Assembly (NCBI GenBank): GCA_016206155.1
Contig: JACQSC010000004.1
Span: 217,910-281,909, forward strand
Direction of reading: 5' to 3'
Length of the DNA stretch: 64,000 nt
From: Candidatus Uhrbacteria bacterium
GTDB taxonomy: Bacteria; Patescibacteriota; Patescibacteriia; JACQRZ01
Position numbers and translations under genes: made by a program. Under the pieces are notes generated by a model. It saw only the letters and a list, made by a program, of their open reading frames with translations, made no database searches and was not told the DNA's origin. This document shows positions 1 through 9,285 of the stretch, in pieces. Within the stretch, counting starts at the first letter, position 1; each line of letters starts with the position of its first letter.

Positions 1-2380
1 CAAGGAGGAGAGCAGAGTGAGCAAGACACCCGTCGGGGTGCAGAAGTGGGGCGGGGTTTACACGAATAACTGTTGGGTTTTGATCCTTATCAACCCTGAT
101 TTTAATATGCGCATAATCCCGACATTCTAATATATTGTACGCATCAAGAGCAATTTCGGTAATCAATGATTCAAGCTTTTTTGGAATGTTTTTCGGCGGT
201 CGATGAATAATCGTAGGAGTATCATCAATGCGTTCCGGCGTATTCATCGTGTGAGAATAAAGAGGCCATGGAACCTCAGGGTGCGGAGAAAAGATGATGC
301 GCGTGAGCGGGAGGACGCGTGCGTCTGTGTCGTTACCAAGAATGATAACATGATATTCATCCCCATCAATGTATTCTTCAATACATACAGGCAGCTCTTG
401 AGCGACAATGGCGGCAATAGCGCTTTTTAGCGTTTCGGGATCAGAGACGACCGCGGGGGAAACAGGGTCGCGCGTGTCATCGTGAAGCGCGGGTTTTACG
501 ACAAGGGGAAAATGAAGATCTTCGTTGATCGGGTCGGCGTCGGTGTAGGCGTAATCCCATCGTGGAGTTGGAATTCCATGGTAGTTCAGGAGTTTTTTTG
601 TATGAATGGCATCGGCGCAGACACCAAGCGCAAGGGGGTCTGGCCCCGCGTATGGTATGTCTAGCATATCGAGAAGGGCTGCGGTATGGAGTTCCAGCGA
701 GCGCGATTGAGCGATGCGCGCGCGGACATTAAGAATGAGGTTCACGTCGCTGGCAAGGAGGGCTGAGCATGTTGTCTGAAGTGTTGAACAGTCAAACATG
801 CGCACGGTATATCCGCGTCGTGAGAGCGTTTCTTCAAGCGCATGAGCGGTTGGTGAGAGCTCTTGGTTTGAGGCGCCGAGAAGTTCGTTTGGTGTATTAT
901 GCAGTATGCCGATCTGTACATTGTGAATATCTTCACGGGAAAGCCGCTTCATGGTCTCTCTTTTTGCGGCCCGAAGGAGCAAGTCTTTGGTAATGGAGGC
1001 AGCGGCAAATCGTGTTTTTCGCGACGTGCGGCCAATCGCGGAGTCGCGATTGAATTTTGCCACCTCGTAGTGCACTTGTTTCATGATTGCGGAAAGATTG
1101 TCTTGAGCGTCAATTGGATTGTCGCCAGAAACGGTTATCCAGCCCAGATATTCATATCCTTCAGGTGGAACAAGCACCGGATCGCCAACTTTCTTGTACA
1201 GAGCGAGATCTTCCACGCGCAAATCTTTTTTTATGGTGTCGCTGATATCAAGACGCGAGAGAATGCCCGATTCTTCCGAGAGAAAATAGCGACCTACCAT
1301 ATATCTATGAGGCCGGCCAAGACTTGGAATTGATTTGATATACATTCCGCAGGCAATTTTTGCCGCCTGCTCAATGAGGTCAACCCCCCACACACCCTTG
1401 ACGTAGGAATAGACCTGATCGCCACCCATGCGAAGATTAATCTCAATTGGTACGGGACCGCTCCGCGTTGATTTTGCCTCAAAGTGAACACACCCATTTT
1501 GTATGCCGAGTTTTTCGAGCGTCTCCTCCGCACATTCAATAAGCGCGCGCTGATCGAGTGGTGGGAGGCTGGAGGGAATGGCATCGCCGGTTTCAACAAA
1601 GAACGGCTCTCGTGTTTGAAAGTTGTCCGTCAGAGAATAAAATTTTATCTTTCCGTTTTGAAGAAGGATATCTATGTCAACTTCCTCTCCGTCAATGTAT
1701 TCCTCAACAAGGATATCAAGACCATTTGAGAGCGCCGACTCGGTTTCCGCCGATATGTTTTTCCGTATGTAGTCATAGGTTGTTATAAGTTCGTCGGGTG
1801 TTTGCACCTTGATGACATAGGCGCTGCTTGCGCCATATACCGGTTTTATGACAAGCGGAAAAGAACATTGCTCAATGGCGGCGGCGCAGTCGTCGCGAGA
1901 CTTAAGGAGGAGGTGGTGCGGCGCGCGAATGCCGTGTTCCCCGCAGAATTTTCTGAATAAAAATTTATTTCGGATTTTTTGCGCTACGGAAAACGGGATG
2001 CCAATGAAGTTAAACGCATCGATGATCTTTGACGTTAACAGCACATCATCCTCCCAGAACGTCAGCACCCCGTCAATTTTTCCATTGGATCCATCCTTGA
2101 TAAAGTCACGAATTGCATGTATTGATTCCTTCGCGTTTGTTGTGTCGGCGAGGATCCAGTGGTCCGCATAGCTTTGCGCCCAATTTTTTTCCTTATTCAG
2201 GACAATAATACACACCCCCAATTTTTTGAGCTGTTGCAGAACAATACGTTTTTTTATTGAGCCGGTGTTTACAAGGAGGATTGTCTTCCCAGGAAGTCCA
2301 GCCCCGTTAGACGGTTTGTTTTCCACATGAGAGATATGAACGATGCACCCCAGAGAGAGTTGACAGAAGTGGGTACACAT
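1..2380 (-). CDS. Fused tandem ATP-grasp ligase: N-terminal ATP-grasp amino-acid-ligase-like domain plus C-terminal D-Ala-D-Ala-ligase-like domain. The C-terminus lies beyond the window start.
   Basis: My own minus-strand translation from the ATG at 2380..2378 down to position 1 is a single uninterrupted frame. It reads MCTHFCQ...KTILLVNTGS...FPLVIKPVYGASS...VEEYIDGEEVDIDIL..., then ...LDIPYAGPDPLALGVCADAIHTKKLL...FPLVVKPALHDD...IEEYIDGDEYHVIILGND... The ORF track omits it because there is no in-window stop. The plus-strand ORFs at 203-2171 are antisense artefacts. Confidence 0.55.
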   Translation of the reverse strand, partial: MCTHFCQLSLGCIVHISHVENKPSNGAGLPGKTILLVNTGSIKKRIVLQQLKKLGVCIIVLNKEKNWAQSYADHWILADTTNAKESIHAIRDFIKDGSNGKIDGVLTFWEDDVLLTSKIIDAFNFIGIPFSVAQKIRNKFLFRKFCGEHGIRAPHHLLLKSRDDCAAAIEQCSFPLVIKPVYGASSAYVIKVQTPDELITTYDYIRKNISAETESALSNGLDILVEEYIDGEEVDIDILLQNGKIKFYSLTDNFQTREPFFVETGDAIPSSLPPLDQRALIECAEETLEKLGIQNGCVHFEAKSTRSGPVPIEINLRMGGDQVYSYVKGVWGVDLIEQAAKIACGMYIKSIPSLGRPHRYMVGRYFLSEESGILSRLDISDTIKKDLRVEDLALYKKVGDPVLVPPEGYEYLGWITVSGDNPIDAQDNLSAIMKQVHYEVAKFNRDSAIGRTSRKTRFAAASITKDLLLRAAKRETMKRLSREDIHNVQIGILHNTPNELLGASNQELSPTAHALEETLSRRGYTVRMFDCSTLQTTCSALLASDVNLILNVRARIAQSRSLELHTAALLDMLDIPYAGPDPLALGVCADAIHTKKLLNYHGIPTPRWDYAYTDADPINEDLHFPLVVKPALHDDTRDPVSPAVVSDPETLKSAIAAIVAQELPVCIEEYIDGDEYHVIILGNDTDARVLPLTRIIFSPHPEVPWPLYSHTMNTPERIDDTPTIIHRPPKNIPKKLESLITEIALDAYNILECRDYAHIKIRVDKDQNPTVIRVNPAPLLHPDGCLAHSALLL

Positions 2381-2426
2381 GAAAAAATTTTATCATACTG
2401 AAAAATAGTGTATAGATGCACCTCAT

Positions 2427-2852
2427 ATGAAAAAAGACATCAGAACGGATATGCTAAAAAATTTGTATTGTTCGCGGGCAGGGAAGAAGGGGCGCGGAAT
2501 CTTTACCTCGCGGCCAATTCGCACCGGCGCGGTGATAGAACGATGCGAGGTTATTTTTTTTCCTCGTCGAGAAGTCCCCGATATGCGCAGGACGCAGTTG
2601 GAATATTACTATTATTGGTGGAAATCGGGAAGCGCCGTGCTGCCGCTCGGGTTTGGCGTATTGTATAACCACTCCAAGCATCCGAACGCCGATTGGATAA
2701 ACGACTATCGTTCTCGGAGAATGATTCTTGTGGCGTTGCGCGCTATTTCAAAGGATGAAGAAATTACCGTAAACTACGGGCTTGATTCTGACGAGTTTTG
2801 GTTTTCGATCGTTGAAGACACCAAGGAAAAGAAGCGGAAGAAGCGTTCTTAG
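2427..2852 (+). CDS. SET-domain protein (putative protein lysine methyltransferase)
   Basis: 141 aa with three SET motifs: GKKGRGIFTSRPIRTGAVIE, NHSKHPNA (an NHSCxPN variant), and EEITVNYG (an ELxFDYG-like motif). Confidence 0.65.
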   Translation: MKKDIRTDMLKNLYCSRAGKKGRGIFTSRPIRTGAVIERCEVIFFPRREVPDMRRTQLEYYYYWWKSGSAVLPLGFGVLYNHSKHPNADWINDYRSRRMILVALRAISKDEEITVNYGLDSDEFWFSIVEDTKEKKRKKRS

Positions 2853-4699
2853 AGGAGGCCGCGTATTTTTTTAACGATAGCCGCGCCGTTGATATGCTCG
2901 GCGGCAAGGAGTTCGTCGGGTGTACCGCTATGAGGCATTGTGCGTACGGCAAGTGAATGGACGGGTGTTTTTGTGTGAGAGAGGGCGGCTGCTACTGCTT
3001 CGCCGATGCCGCCTTCGGGGAGATGATCTTCTACGGTGATGATCGCCTTTGTTTCTCGTGCTGCTTTTTCCAATGTCTCCATGTCGAGTGGTTTTATTGA
3101 GTAGAGGTCAATGACACGCGTTGAGATTCCTTCATGTTTTAGCGTCTCGTGCGCCGCAAGCGCTTCATGGAGTGTAATGCCCGCCGCAACAATTGTTGCT
3201 CGATCGGTTGGATCTTCTCGAAGTGTCATGCTTCCGCCAATGCGGAATTGGTCATCGGTTGTATAGAGGAGGGGGGTGTCTTTGCGCGTTGTGCGAATAT
3301 AGACAAGGCCGTGAGTTCCAAGCGCGCGCTCGACAAGGCGCTCGCAGGAGATCGCATCTGACGGGTAGAGAACGACACTGTCCAAAAGCGAGCGGAACAA
3401 TCCGATATCTTCAAGGCCCATTTGCGACGCACCGTCCTCGCCGATAGAAACACCCGCATGCGATCCGCAAAACACGATGTCCGAATTGGCATATTGGCAC
3501 ATGCGAATCTGGTCATGCGCGCGGCTGAAAAATGCGGCAAACGTCGAGATGCACGGTTTTTTCCCACGGCGCGAGAGTCCAAGCGCGGCCCCAACCATGT
3601 TTTGTTCCGCGATAAACATCTCAAAGAATCGATCGGGATACGCGTTTTTAAAAAACTCCGCATACGTTGAATTACTCACCTCCGCGTCAAGTACGACCAT
3701 GGCGGGGTATTCTTGTGCAAGACGTACGAGGGCATTGCCATACGCGCGTCGCGTTGCAACAGCTTTATCAGGAGGATACAACACCGGGTCAAGTTGTGAT
3801 GTGGCTTGCTTTTTGCTTAATTCTTGATTCTTAATTCTTGATTCTTGCATCGCCGGTTCTGTAAGTGTGCCACGAATATCATAATCAATCTCACCAAGTT
3901 CTGCGAGCGCTTGTTCATATTCCTCTTGCTTCAATGCTTTTCCGTGCCAACCGTCTTTATTTTCCATGAATGAAATACCATTTCCTTTCAGGGTTTTTGC
4001 AATAATCATCGTTGGCCGATTGGATTGCAATGTATATACCTGTGTATATACATTACAAATTTCCTCTATGGAATGTCCGTCGATCACGTACGTTTTCCAA
4101 CAAAATGCCGCAATGCGTTTTTCATATGTATCACAATTGTGTTCAAGCATCGTTGGACCGCGCTGACCAAGACGATTAACATCAAGGATACCGACAAGAT
4201 TTCCAAGAGAATAGTGGGATGCCAGGGCAAGCGCTTCCCATACCGACCCCTCTGCCATTTCACTATCGCCCAAAAGGATCGTTGTGCGATACGGGAGTTT
4301 ATCGAGGTATTTTGCATTGATCGCCATGCCAACGCCGACGGAAAGTCCCTGGCCCAGTGAACCGGTTGGCGTCTCGGTGTAGGGGAAGTCCATGGTTGGA
4401 TGCCCTTCAAGGCGACTCCCCAGTTTGCGAAGACTTAAGAGTTCATCTTCCGGAATTGCTCCAGCCGCTGCCCACAGTGAATAGAAGAGTGGAGACGCGT
4501 GGCCCTTTGAAAAGATCAGCCGATCGTTGTTGTGGTAAGCCGTATCGTCCTTTTTGAACCTAAAGAATCCGCCAAAGAAAAGAGCGGCCATTAACTCAAC
4601 CGCCGACAGGCTCGATGATGGATGTCCGGATCCCGCTTCTGTCGTTGAGCGAAGAATATAATAACGAAGGAGTTTTGCCAGCTTATCTAAATCATGCAT
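2849..4699 (-). CDS. tkt: transketolase
   Basis: Motifs GHPSSSLSAVELMAALFF, SKGHASPLFYSLWAAAGAI and GSLGQGLSVGVGMAINAKY. The ORF track extends it to 5164, but the most plausible start is the ATG at 4699..4697 (MHDLDKLAKLLRYY...). The upstream extension only reads through palindromic repeats. Confidence 0.9.
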   Translation of the reverse strand: MHDLDKLAKLLRYYILRSTTEAGSGHPSSSLSAVELMAALFFGGFFRFKKDDTAYHNNDRLIFSKGHASPLFYSLWAAAGAIPEDELLSLRKLGSRLEGHPTMDFPYTETPTGSLGQGLSVGVGMAINAKYLDKLPYRTTILLGDSEMAEGSVWEALALASHYSLGNLVGILDVNRLGQRGPTMLEHNCDTYEKRIAAFCWKTYVIDGHSIEEICNVYTQVYTLQSNRPTMIIAKTLKGNGISFMENKDGWHGKALKQEEYEQALAELGEIDYDIRGTLTEPAMQESRIKNQELSKKQATSQLDPVLYPPDKAVATRRAYGNALVRLAQEYPAMVVLDAEVSNSTYAEFFKNAYPDRFFEMFIAEQNMVGAALGLSRRGKKPCISTFAAFFSRAHDQIRMCQYANSDIVFCGSHAGVSIGEDGASQMGLEDIGLFRSLLDSVVLYPSDAISCERLVERALGTHGLVYIRTTRKDTPLLYTTDDQFRIGGSMTLREDPTDRATIVAAGITLHEALAAHETLKHEGISTRVIDLYSIKPLDMETLEKAARETKAIITVEDHLPEGGIGEAVAAALSHTKTPVHSLAVRTMPHSGTPDELLAAEHINGAAIVKKIRGLL

Positions 4700-4738
4700 A
4701 CTTAGTGTCTGTTTATACAAAGAAGCGACACTACTCGG

Positions 4739-4789
4739 TGTCATCCCGCCGAAGGGCGGGATCTGGATTCCGGCCTGCGCCGGAATGAC
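4739..4789. repeat. REP-like double palindrome: two adjacent perfect 8-bp-stem hairpins enclosed by a 5-bp outer stem
   Basis: atcccgcc-gaag-ggcgggat at 4743..4762 and attccggc-ctgc-gccggaat at 4767..4786, bracketed by gtcat/atgac. It lies between the gnd stop (4803) and the tkt start (4699). Confidence 0.6.
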
Positions 4790-4802
4790 AACAGTAGCCG
4801 TT

Positions 4803-5717
4803 TTAGTGTCCTGGTTGTTCGTTTGGTTTGATGCTGTGTCCCCCAAACTGGTTGCGCAGCATGTTGACGACACGGCAGATATACGGAGGTTTTTCTGATG
4901 AGTGAACTCGGTATTGATACGATCCTTCAATGATTGGAACGTCAACGCCATGCCGCTTTGCCTCTTTGACCGTCCATTCTCCTTCTCCGGTGTGTCCAAT
5001 GATTGAAGCAATATCGCCAAGATCTTCACCGTATGCTTCATATCCACTCTGCGCCCATTCAACGAGGCGGGATTCGATAACGCTGCCATGATTATACAGC
5101 TTACAGACATCAATGAGATTATATTTAAAGGGCGCATTTTTGAGAAGCGCAAATCCTTCCGCAATCGCCTGCATCATGCCGTACTCAATGCCATTGTGAA
5201 TCATTTTTGCGTAATGGCCCGCACCGGCAGGACCAAGGTGGGCGTAATACCCATCATCTTTTGCAATATCTTTAATAAGCGGGAGGAGTTTTTCATAATC
5301 TTCTTTTTCTCCCCCGATCATGAGACAAGCGCCGTTGCGGGCACCGCCGGGTCCGCCGCTCACGCCGACTTCCATAAAATGGACGCCCGCCTCAGTAACT
5401 TTTTTTGCGCGGCGCAGTGTCAATTCATATTGCGAGTTTGCCGCCTCTACGATCATATCACCCGTTGAAAGAAGGGGAACAAGCTCGGCGAGCATATCGT
5501 CAATCACTGCCGAGGGAATCATGCTCCAGATCACGCGGGGAGTCTCCAGTTGTGCGACCACACCCGCATATGAATCGACGACCGTCACGCCAAGCTCGGC
5601 TGTTTTTGCGCGCGCTTCTTCACTGGGATCATAGCCAACGATTTCATGCCCCTTTTCTTTGAGGCGCGCAACCATGTTGTGTCCCATCTTGCCAAGTCCT
5701 AGATAGCCGATCTTCAT
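4803..5717 (-). CDS. gnd: 6-phosphogluconate dehydrogenase (decarboxylating), short form
   Basis: N-terminus MKIGYLGLGKMGHNMVARL, an NAD(P)-binding Rossmann fold, and family-typical motifs. Confidence 0.85.
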   Translation of the reverse strand: MKIGYLGLGKMGHNMVARLKEKGHEIVGYDPSEEARAKTAELGVTVVDSYAGVVAQLETPRVIWSMIPSAVIDDMLAELVPLLSTGDMIVEAANSQYELTLRRAKKVTEAGVHFMEVGVSGGPGGARNGACLMIGGEKEDYEKLLPLIKDIAKDDGYYAHLGPAGAGHYAKMIHNGIEYGMMQAIAEGFALLKNAPFKYNLIDVCKLYNHGSVIESRLVEWAQSGYEAYGEDLGDIASIIGHTGEGEWTVKEAKRHGVDVPIIEGSYQYRVHSSEKPPYICRVVNMLRNQFGGHSIKPNEQPGH

Positions 5718-5797
5718 ACTCTTACGAATTACGAATCATTACTAATATACGAATTCAAAGTAAATCATAAATCATAAATCGTCAATCGTAAATTTTC

Positions 5798-7285
5798 TTA
5801 TATTTCCTCAATATGTTCTGACTCGATACGAATAGTATCGCTGTGTGGGGTGTAACTTTTCAGTGGGACACGATTTTTTTGCCATGCGCGTATGATGGGG
5901 TCTATGAATTTCCACATCGAGACAATCTCATCGGTTCGGACAAAGAGTGTTTGGTCGCCTGTGATACAGTCAAGGAGCAAACGCTCGTGCGCTTCGAGAG
6001 AACACGTATTCTTTGGTCCATCGGGGAACGAAAAACGCAACACCTGCTCTTCCATCGCATACTCAAATCCCGGTTTCTTTGCCCAGAAGTAGATAAGAAT
6101 TTCATCTTTGGGTTCCAGACGAAAGATGACACGATTTTTATAATGTTCAAGAACATTTGAAGGGCAGAGACAGGGAAAAGGATGGCGAAAGGTGATTTCA
6201 ATTTCTTTGCGCACCTCGTGCATGACCTTTCCTGATTCAAGATAGATCGGCATACCGCGCCACCGAGGCGCATCAAGGAGGGCGCGCACCTTAAAATATG
6301 TTTCCGTAACGGAGTTGCGCGCAACGCCGGGAATATCCCGATATCCATCATACTGGCCACGGAACGAATAGCGGAGAATATCTTTTTTTGTCGGACGATG
6401 AAGAGATGAAAGAAGTCGTGCGCGCGCCTCACGAATGGACCGCGCATCATAGGTACGCGGATGATCCATGGTGACGAGTGCAAGCATTTGTAAAAGATGA
6501 TTTTGTCCATAATCTTTGAGCGCGCCAATGGTATCGTAGAACCCCGCGCGTTCCTGGACACCAATTTTTTCAAGCGCGCGAACATTGATCTTTTCTATGG
6601 ATCGGGCAGTCCAGTTTTCTTCAAAGAGGTTATTTGAGAAGCGAAACGTGAGGATGTTCTGAAGCATTTCTTTTCCGAGATAGTGGTCAATGCGATATAT
6701 TTGAGTTTCTGCAAAGAGCGCGCCAAGCAGGCGGTCTAGATTTTGGGCGGTCTTCAGATTGGTGCCGAACGGTTTTTCTACAATAATACGAGTCCACCCA
6801 GCTCCAGTACTCTGGGGCTGGGCCCGCCCACCTTCATTCGCGCAGGATTTTGAAAGACCAGATTTCGCAAGATGACGAAGAATGATTTCATAGTTAAATG
6901 GGGATGCCGAGAGGTAGAACAATTTGTTTGAACACATGCCCCAGGCATCATCAATTTTTTTTAACTCATCTGCAAGGTTGTAAAAATCTCGGCTTTCAGA
7001 AAAATCACCCTGGTGGTATGAAAATAATTTGAGAAACGGACGAAGGTCTGCGCTCTTTGGTTTTCGCGAAAAGTGGCTTCGAATACTTTCGGTAAGGTGG
7101 GCGTAAAAGAAGTCTTTTGTCCACGCACGCCTCGCAAACCCGACAACGCGAAAGCGATCGGGCATCTTCTTTTTTTGAAAGAGATGAAACAGCGCGGGCG
7201 TAATTTTGAGTGATACCAGGTCGCCGGTTACGCCAAGAATAATGAGAATGGTTGGTGCTGCTCCGCGCTCGTCTGAAAACGTCAT
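5798..7285 (-). CDS. zwf: glucose-6-phosphate 1-dehydrogenase
   Basis: N-terminal GVTGDL, EKPFG, and the G6PD signature RIDHYLGKE. Confidence 0.9.
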   Translation of the reverse strand: MTFSDERGAAPTILIILGVTGDLVSLKITPALFHLFQKKKMPDRFRVVGFARRAWTKDFFYAHLTESIRSHFSRKPKSADLRPFLKLFSYHQGDFSESRDFYNLADELKKIDDAWGMCSNKLFYLSASPFNYEIILRHLAKSGLSKSCANEGGRAQPQSTGAGWTRIIVEKPFGTNLKTAQNLDRLLGALFAETQIYRIDHYLGKEMLQNILTFRFSNNLFEENWTARSIEKINVRALEKIGVQERAGFYDTIGALKDYGQNHLLQMLALVTMDHPRTYDARSIREARARLLSSLHRPTKKDILRYSFRGQYDGYRDIPGVARNSVTETYFKVRALLDAPRWRGMPIYLESGKVMHEVRKEIEITFRHPFPCLCPSNVLEHYKNRVIFRLEPKDEILIYFWAKKPGFEYAMEEQVLRFSFPDGPKNTCSLEAHERLLLDCITGDQTLFVRTDEIVSMWKFIDPIIRAWQKNRVPLKSYTPHSDTIRIESEHIEEI

Positions 7286-7335
7286 ATGGTGATTAGTATA
7301 TCACTGTATGGACGAAAGGGGAACGGGAGGGTATA

Positions 7336-8592
7336 GTGAGGAAATATATGAAAGAGTTTTTTCTTTGCGCATGGCGCGACGCGCGAGAGTGTATTTATCG
7401 CGGCGGTGTGGTTGTGTATATCACACTGTTTTTTATCGCCGTTATGCTTGCCTACAGCTTACAACCCTTCGGTGAGCAGCAGTATTCGTATCTTGCGCAA
7501 TCATTTCTTCACGGCAAACTTTATTTTCTCGAAAGCCCCGGGTGGTGGGGGGATGCGGTAGCATTTGGCGGAAAATACTATTGGCCTCTTGGACCGCTGC
7601 CCGCAATACTATTAATGCCCTTTGTGCTTTTGTTTTCTTTTTTTGGCGCGTTTTTTTACCAAGGATACGCGATTTTTTTCATTACGCTTATTATTCTTCT
7701 GCTGTGGTATCGCATTGTCCAGCTCTGCGGCTTCTCCAAAGATGACGCGCGTTACGCGGCGTTTGCCTTTTGTTTTGGGTCAAGCTACCTCATGGTTGCA
7801 TTGTGGCAGCGGAGCTGGTTTTTTGCGCATGCCGCTGTGATCCTGCTGTTGTCCTGTGCACTTTTTGAGTACCTCACAAAAAGGCGCTATTGGCTTATTG
7901 GTGTATTGATGGCAGCCGTTGCCATGACGCGGATGACGGCTGGCGTCGGTATTATTTTTTTTATCATTGATATTCTATTTCTCTCTTCTGCCCAATGGTC
8001 CGACAAAAGAAGATCGCTCACAGCGCTTCTGGCACCCCTCGGTGTTGCCGGTGTGCTTTTGGCAGGGTATAACGCTGCGCGATTTGGGAGTGTATTTGAA
8101 CAGGGATATGCGTTGCAGATTCTCATGATTGACGCCATAAGGAAGGCGCGCGATTACGGACTTTTTAGCCTTATTCATGTGCCGGCAAATCTCTATTATA
8201 TGTTTCTCGCGCCGCCCCTTCCCATTATTCGCGACGCATCTACGTTTGTCCTTCGCTTTCCCTATATTGTACCCAACCCGCTGGGCATGAGCATATTTCT
8301 TGTCTCGCCCTACCTGCTTACGCTCTTTTTTCAACGATTAAAGGACAGGCTTTCATGGGCGCTGCTTGTCACGTGTGGTGTTGTGAGCGCCCCTTTGATG
8401 CTTTATTACGCAACGGGATATTTTCAATTCGGCTATCGATATTCGCTCGATTTTTTTCCATTCCTCTTTTTGCTTTTTGTCCATCAGTATCGAAAAAAGA
8501 GTAGTACCTTTTCCCGCGGCCTTCGCTTTGTCATTATCGCAAGCGCACTGGTAAACCTCTTTTTGTTCCTCGCATTAATATATACGCAATAA
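7336..8592 (+). CDS. ArnT/PMT-like GT-C fold membrane glycosyltransferase
   Basis: Polytopic membrane protein with a GEQQYSYLAQSF loop motif after TM1 (DExxY-like). Confidence 0.5.
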   Translation: MRKYMKEFFLCAWRDARECIYRGGVVVYITLFFIAVMLAYSLQPFGEQQYSYLAQSFLHGKLYFLESPGWWGDAVAFGGKYYWPLGPLPAILLMPFVLLFSFFGAFFYQGYAIFFITLIILLLWYRIVQLCGFSKDDARYAAFAFCFGSSYLMVALWQRSWFFAHAAVILLLSCALFEYLTKRRYWLIGVLMAAVAMTRMTAGVGIIFFIIDILFLSSAQWSDKRRSLTALLAPLGVAGVLLAGYNAARFGSVFEQGYALQILMIDAIRKARDYGLFSLIHVPANLYYMFLAPPLPIIRDASTFVLRFPYIVPNPLGMSIFLVSPYLLTLFFQRLKDRLSWALLVTCGVVSAPLMLYYATGYFQFGYRYSLDFFPFLFLLFVHQYRKKSSTFSRGLRFVIIASALVNLFLFLALIYTQ

Positions 8593-9285
8593 TTGTCTAT
8601 GCCGCGCGTGTCGGTTGTTATTCCGTGCCACAATGAAGAGCAATCAATCGGGAGTGTTGTTGATGGCGCGAAACTTCACGCGCAGGAAATTATTGTCGTT
8701 GATAATAATTCAACGGATGCAACATCCCGCGTGGCGGAAAGCCATGGCGCACGCGTAGTTGTTGAGGAGTCGCCGGGGTATGGTGCGGCGCTGATGAGGG
8801 GGTTTGGAGAGGCCACGGGCGATATCATTGTAACGCTTGACGGAGATGGACAATACCCGGCGGAGAACATTGGCGAGCTGGCCGATCTGCTTTTGGACAA
8901 CAGCCTTGACTTCATCACCGCGAGCCGTTTTCCGCTTGAAAACAAACACGCCATGCCGCGCGTTCGACAGCTTGGCAATGCGTTTTTAACATCCGCGGCA
9001 AATACTCTCTTTGGATTGCAGCTTCGTGATTCGCAATCCGGGATGTGGGTATTTCATCGATCGGCGCTGTCCTTCTTTCAGCTCGAAAGCAAGGGAATGG
9101 CGCTTTCGGAGGAAATAAAAATTCGCTTTTTTCTGCATCCGCGCATGAAGTGCGCGGAATATCACATTTCCTATTACGAGCGGACAGGCTCATCAAAACT
9201 TTCCATTATTTCCGATGGGCTGGGGAATCTTGGGTACCTATTTGCGTTGAGGCGAAAGCTTCGCCATAACGACACACAACCATGA
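8593..9285 (+). CDS. GT2 glycosyltransferase (polyprenyl-phosphate sugar synthase-like)
   Basis: Motifs VSVVIPCHNEE, VVDNNSTD and TLDGDGQYP. Confidence 0.75.
   Translation: MSMPRVSVVIPCHNEEQSIGSVVDGAKLHAQEIIVVDNNSTDATSRVAESHGARVVVEESPGYGAALMRGFGEATGDIIVTLDGDGQYPAENIGELADLLLDNSLDFITASRFPLENKHAMPRVRQLGNAFLTSAANTLFGLQLRDSQSGMWVFHRSALSFFQLESKGMALSEEIKIRFFLHPRMKCAEYHISYYERTGSSKLSIISDGLGNLGYLFALRRKLRHNDTQP

Noticed and set aside
203-2171. Seven short plus-strand ORFs (60-144 aa) listed by the ORF track across 203-2171
   Set aside because: They switch frames, have no recognisable motifs, and lie antisense to an uninterrupted ATP-grasp reading frame of 790+ aa on the minus strand.
4700-5164. N-terminal 155 aa of the 771-aa transketolase ORF
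   Set aside because: Translation of the intergenic palindromic hairpins; the transketolase-like sequence begins at the Met at 4699.
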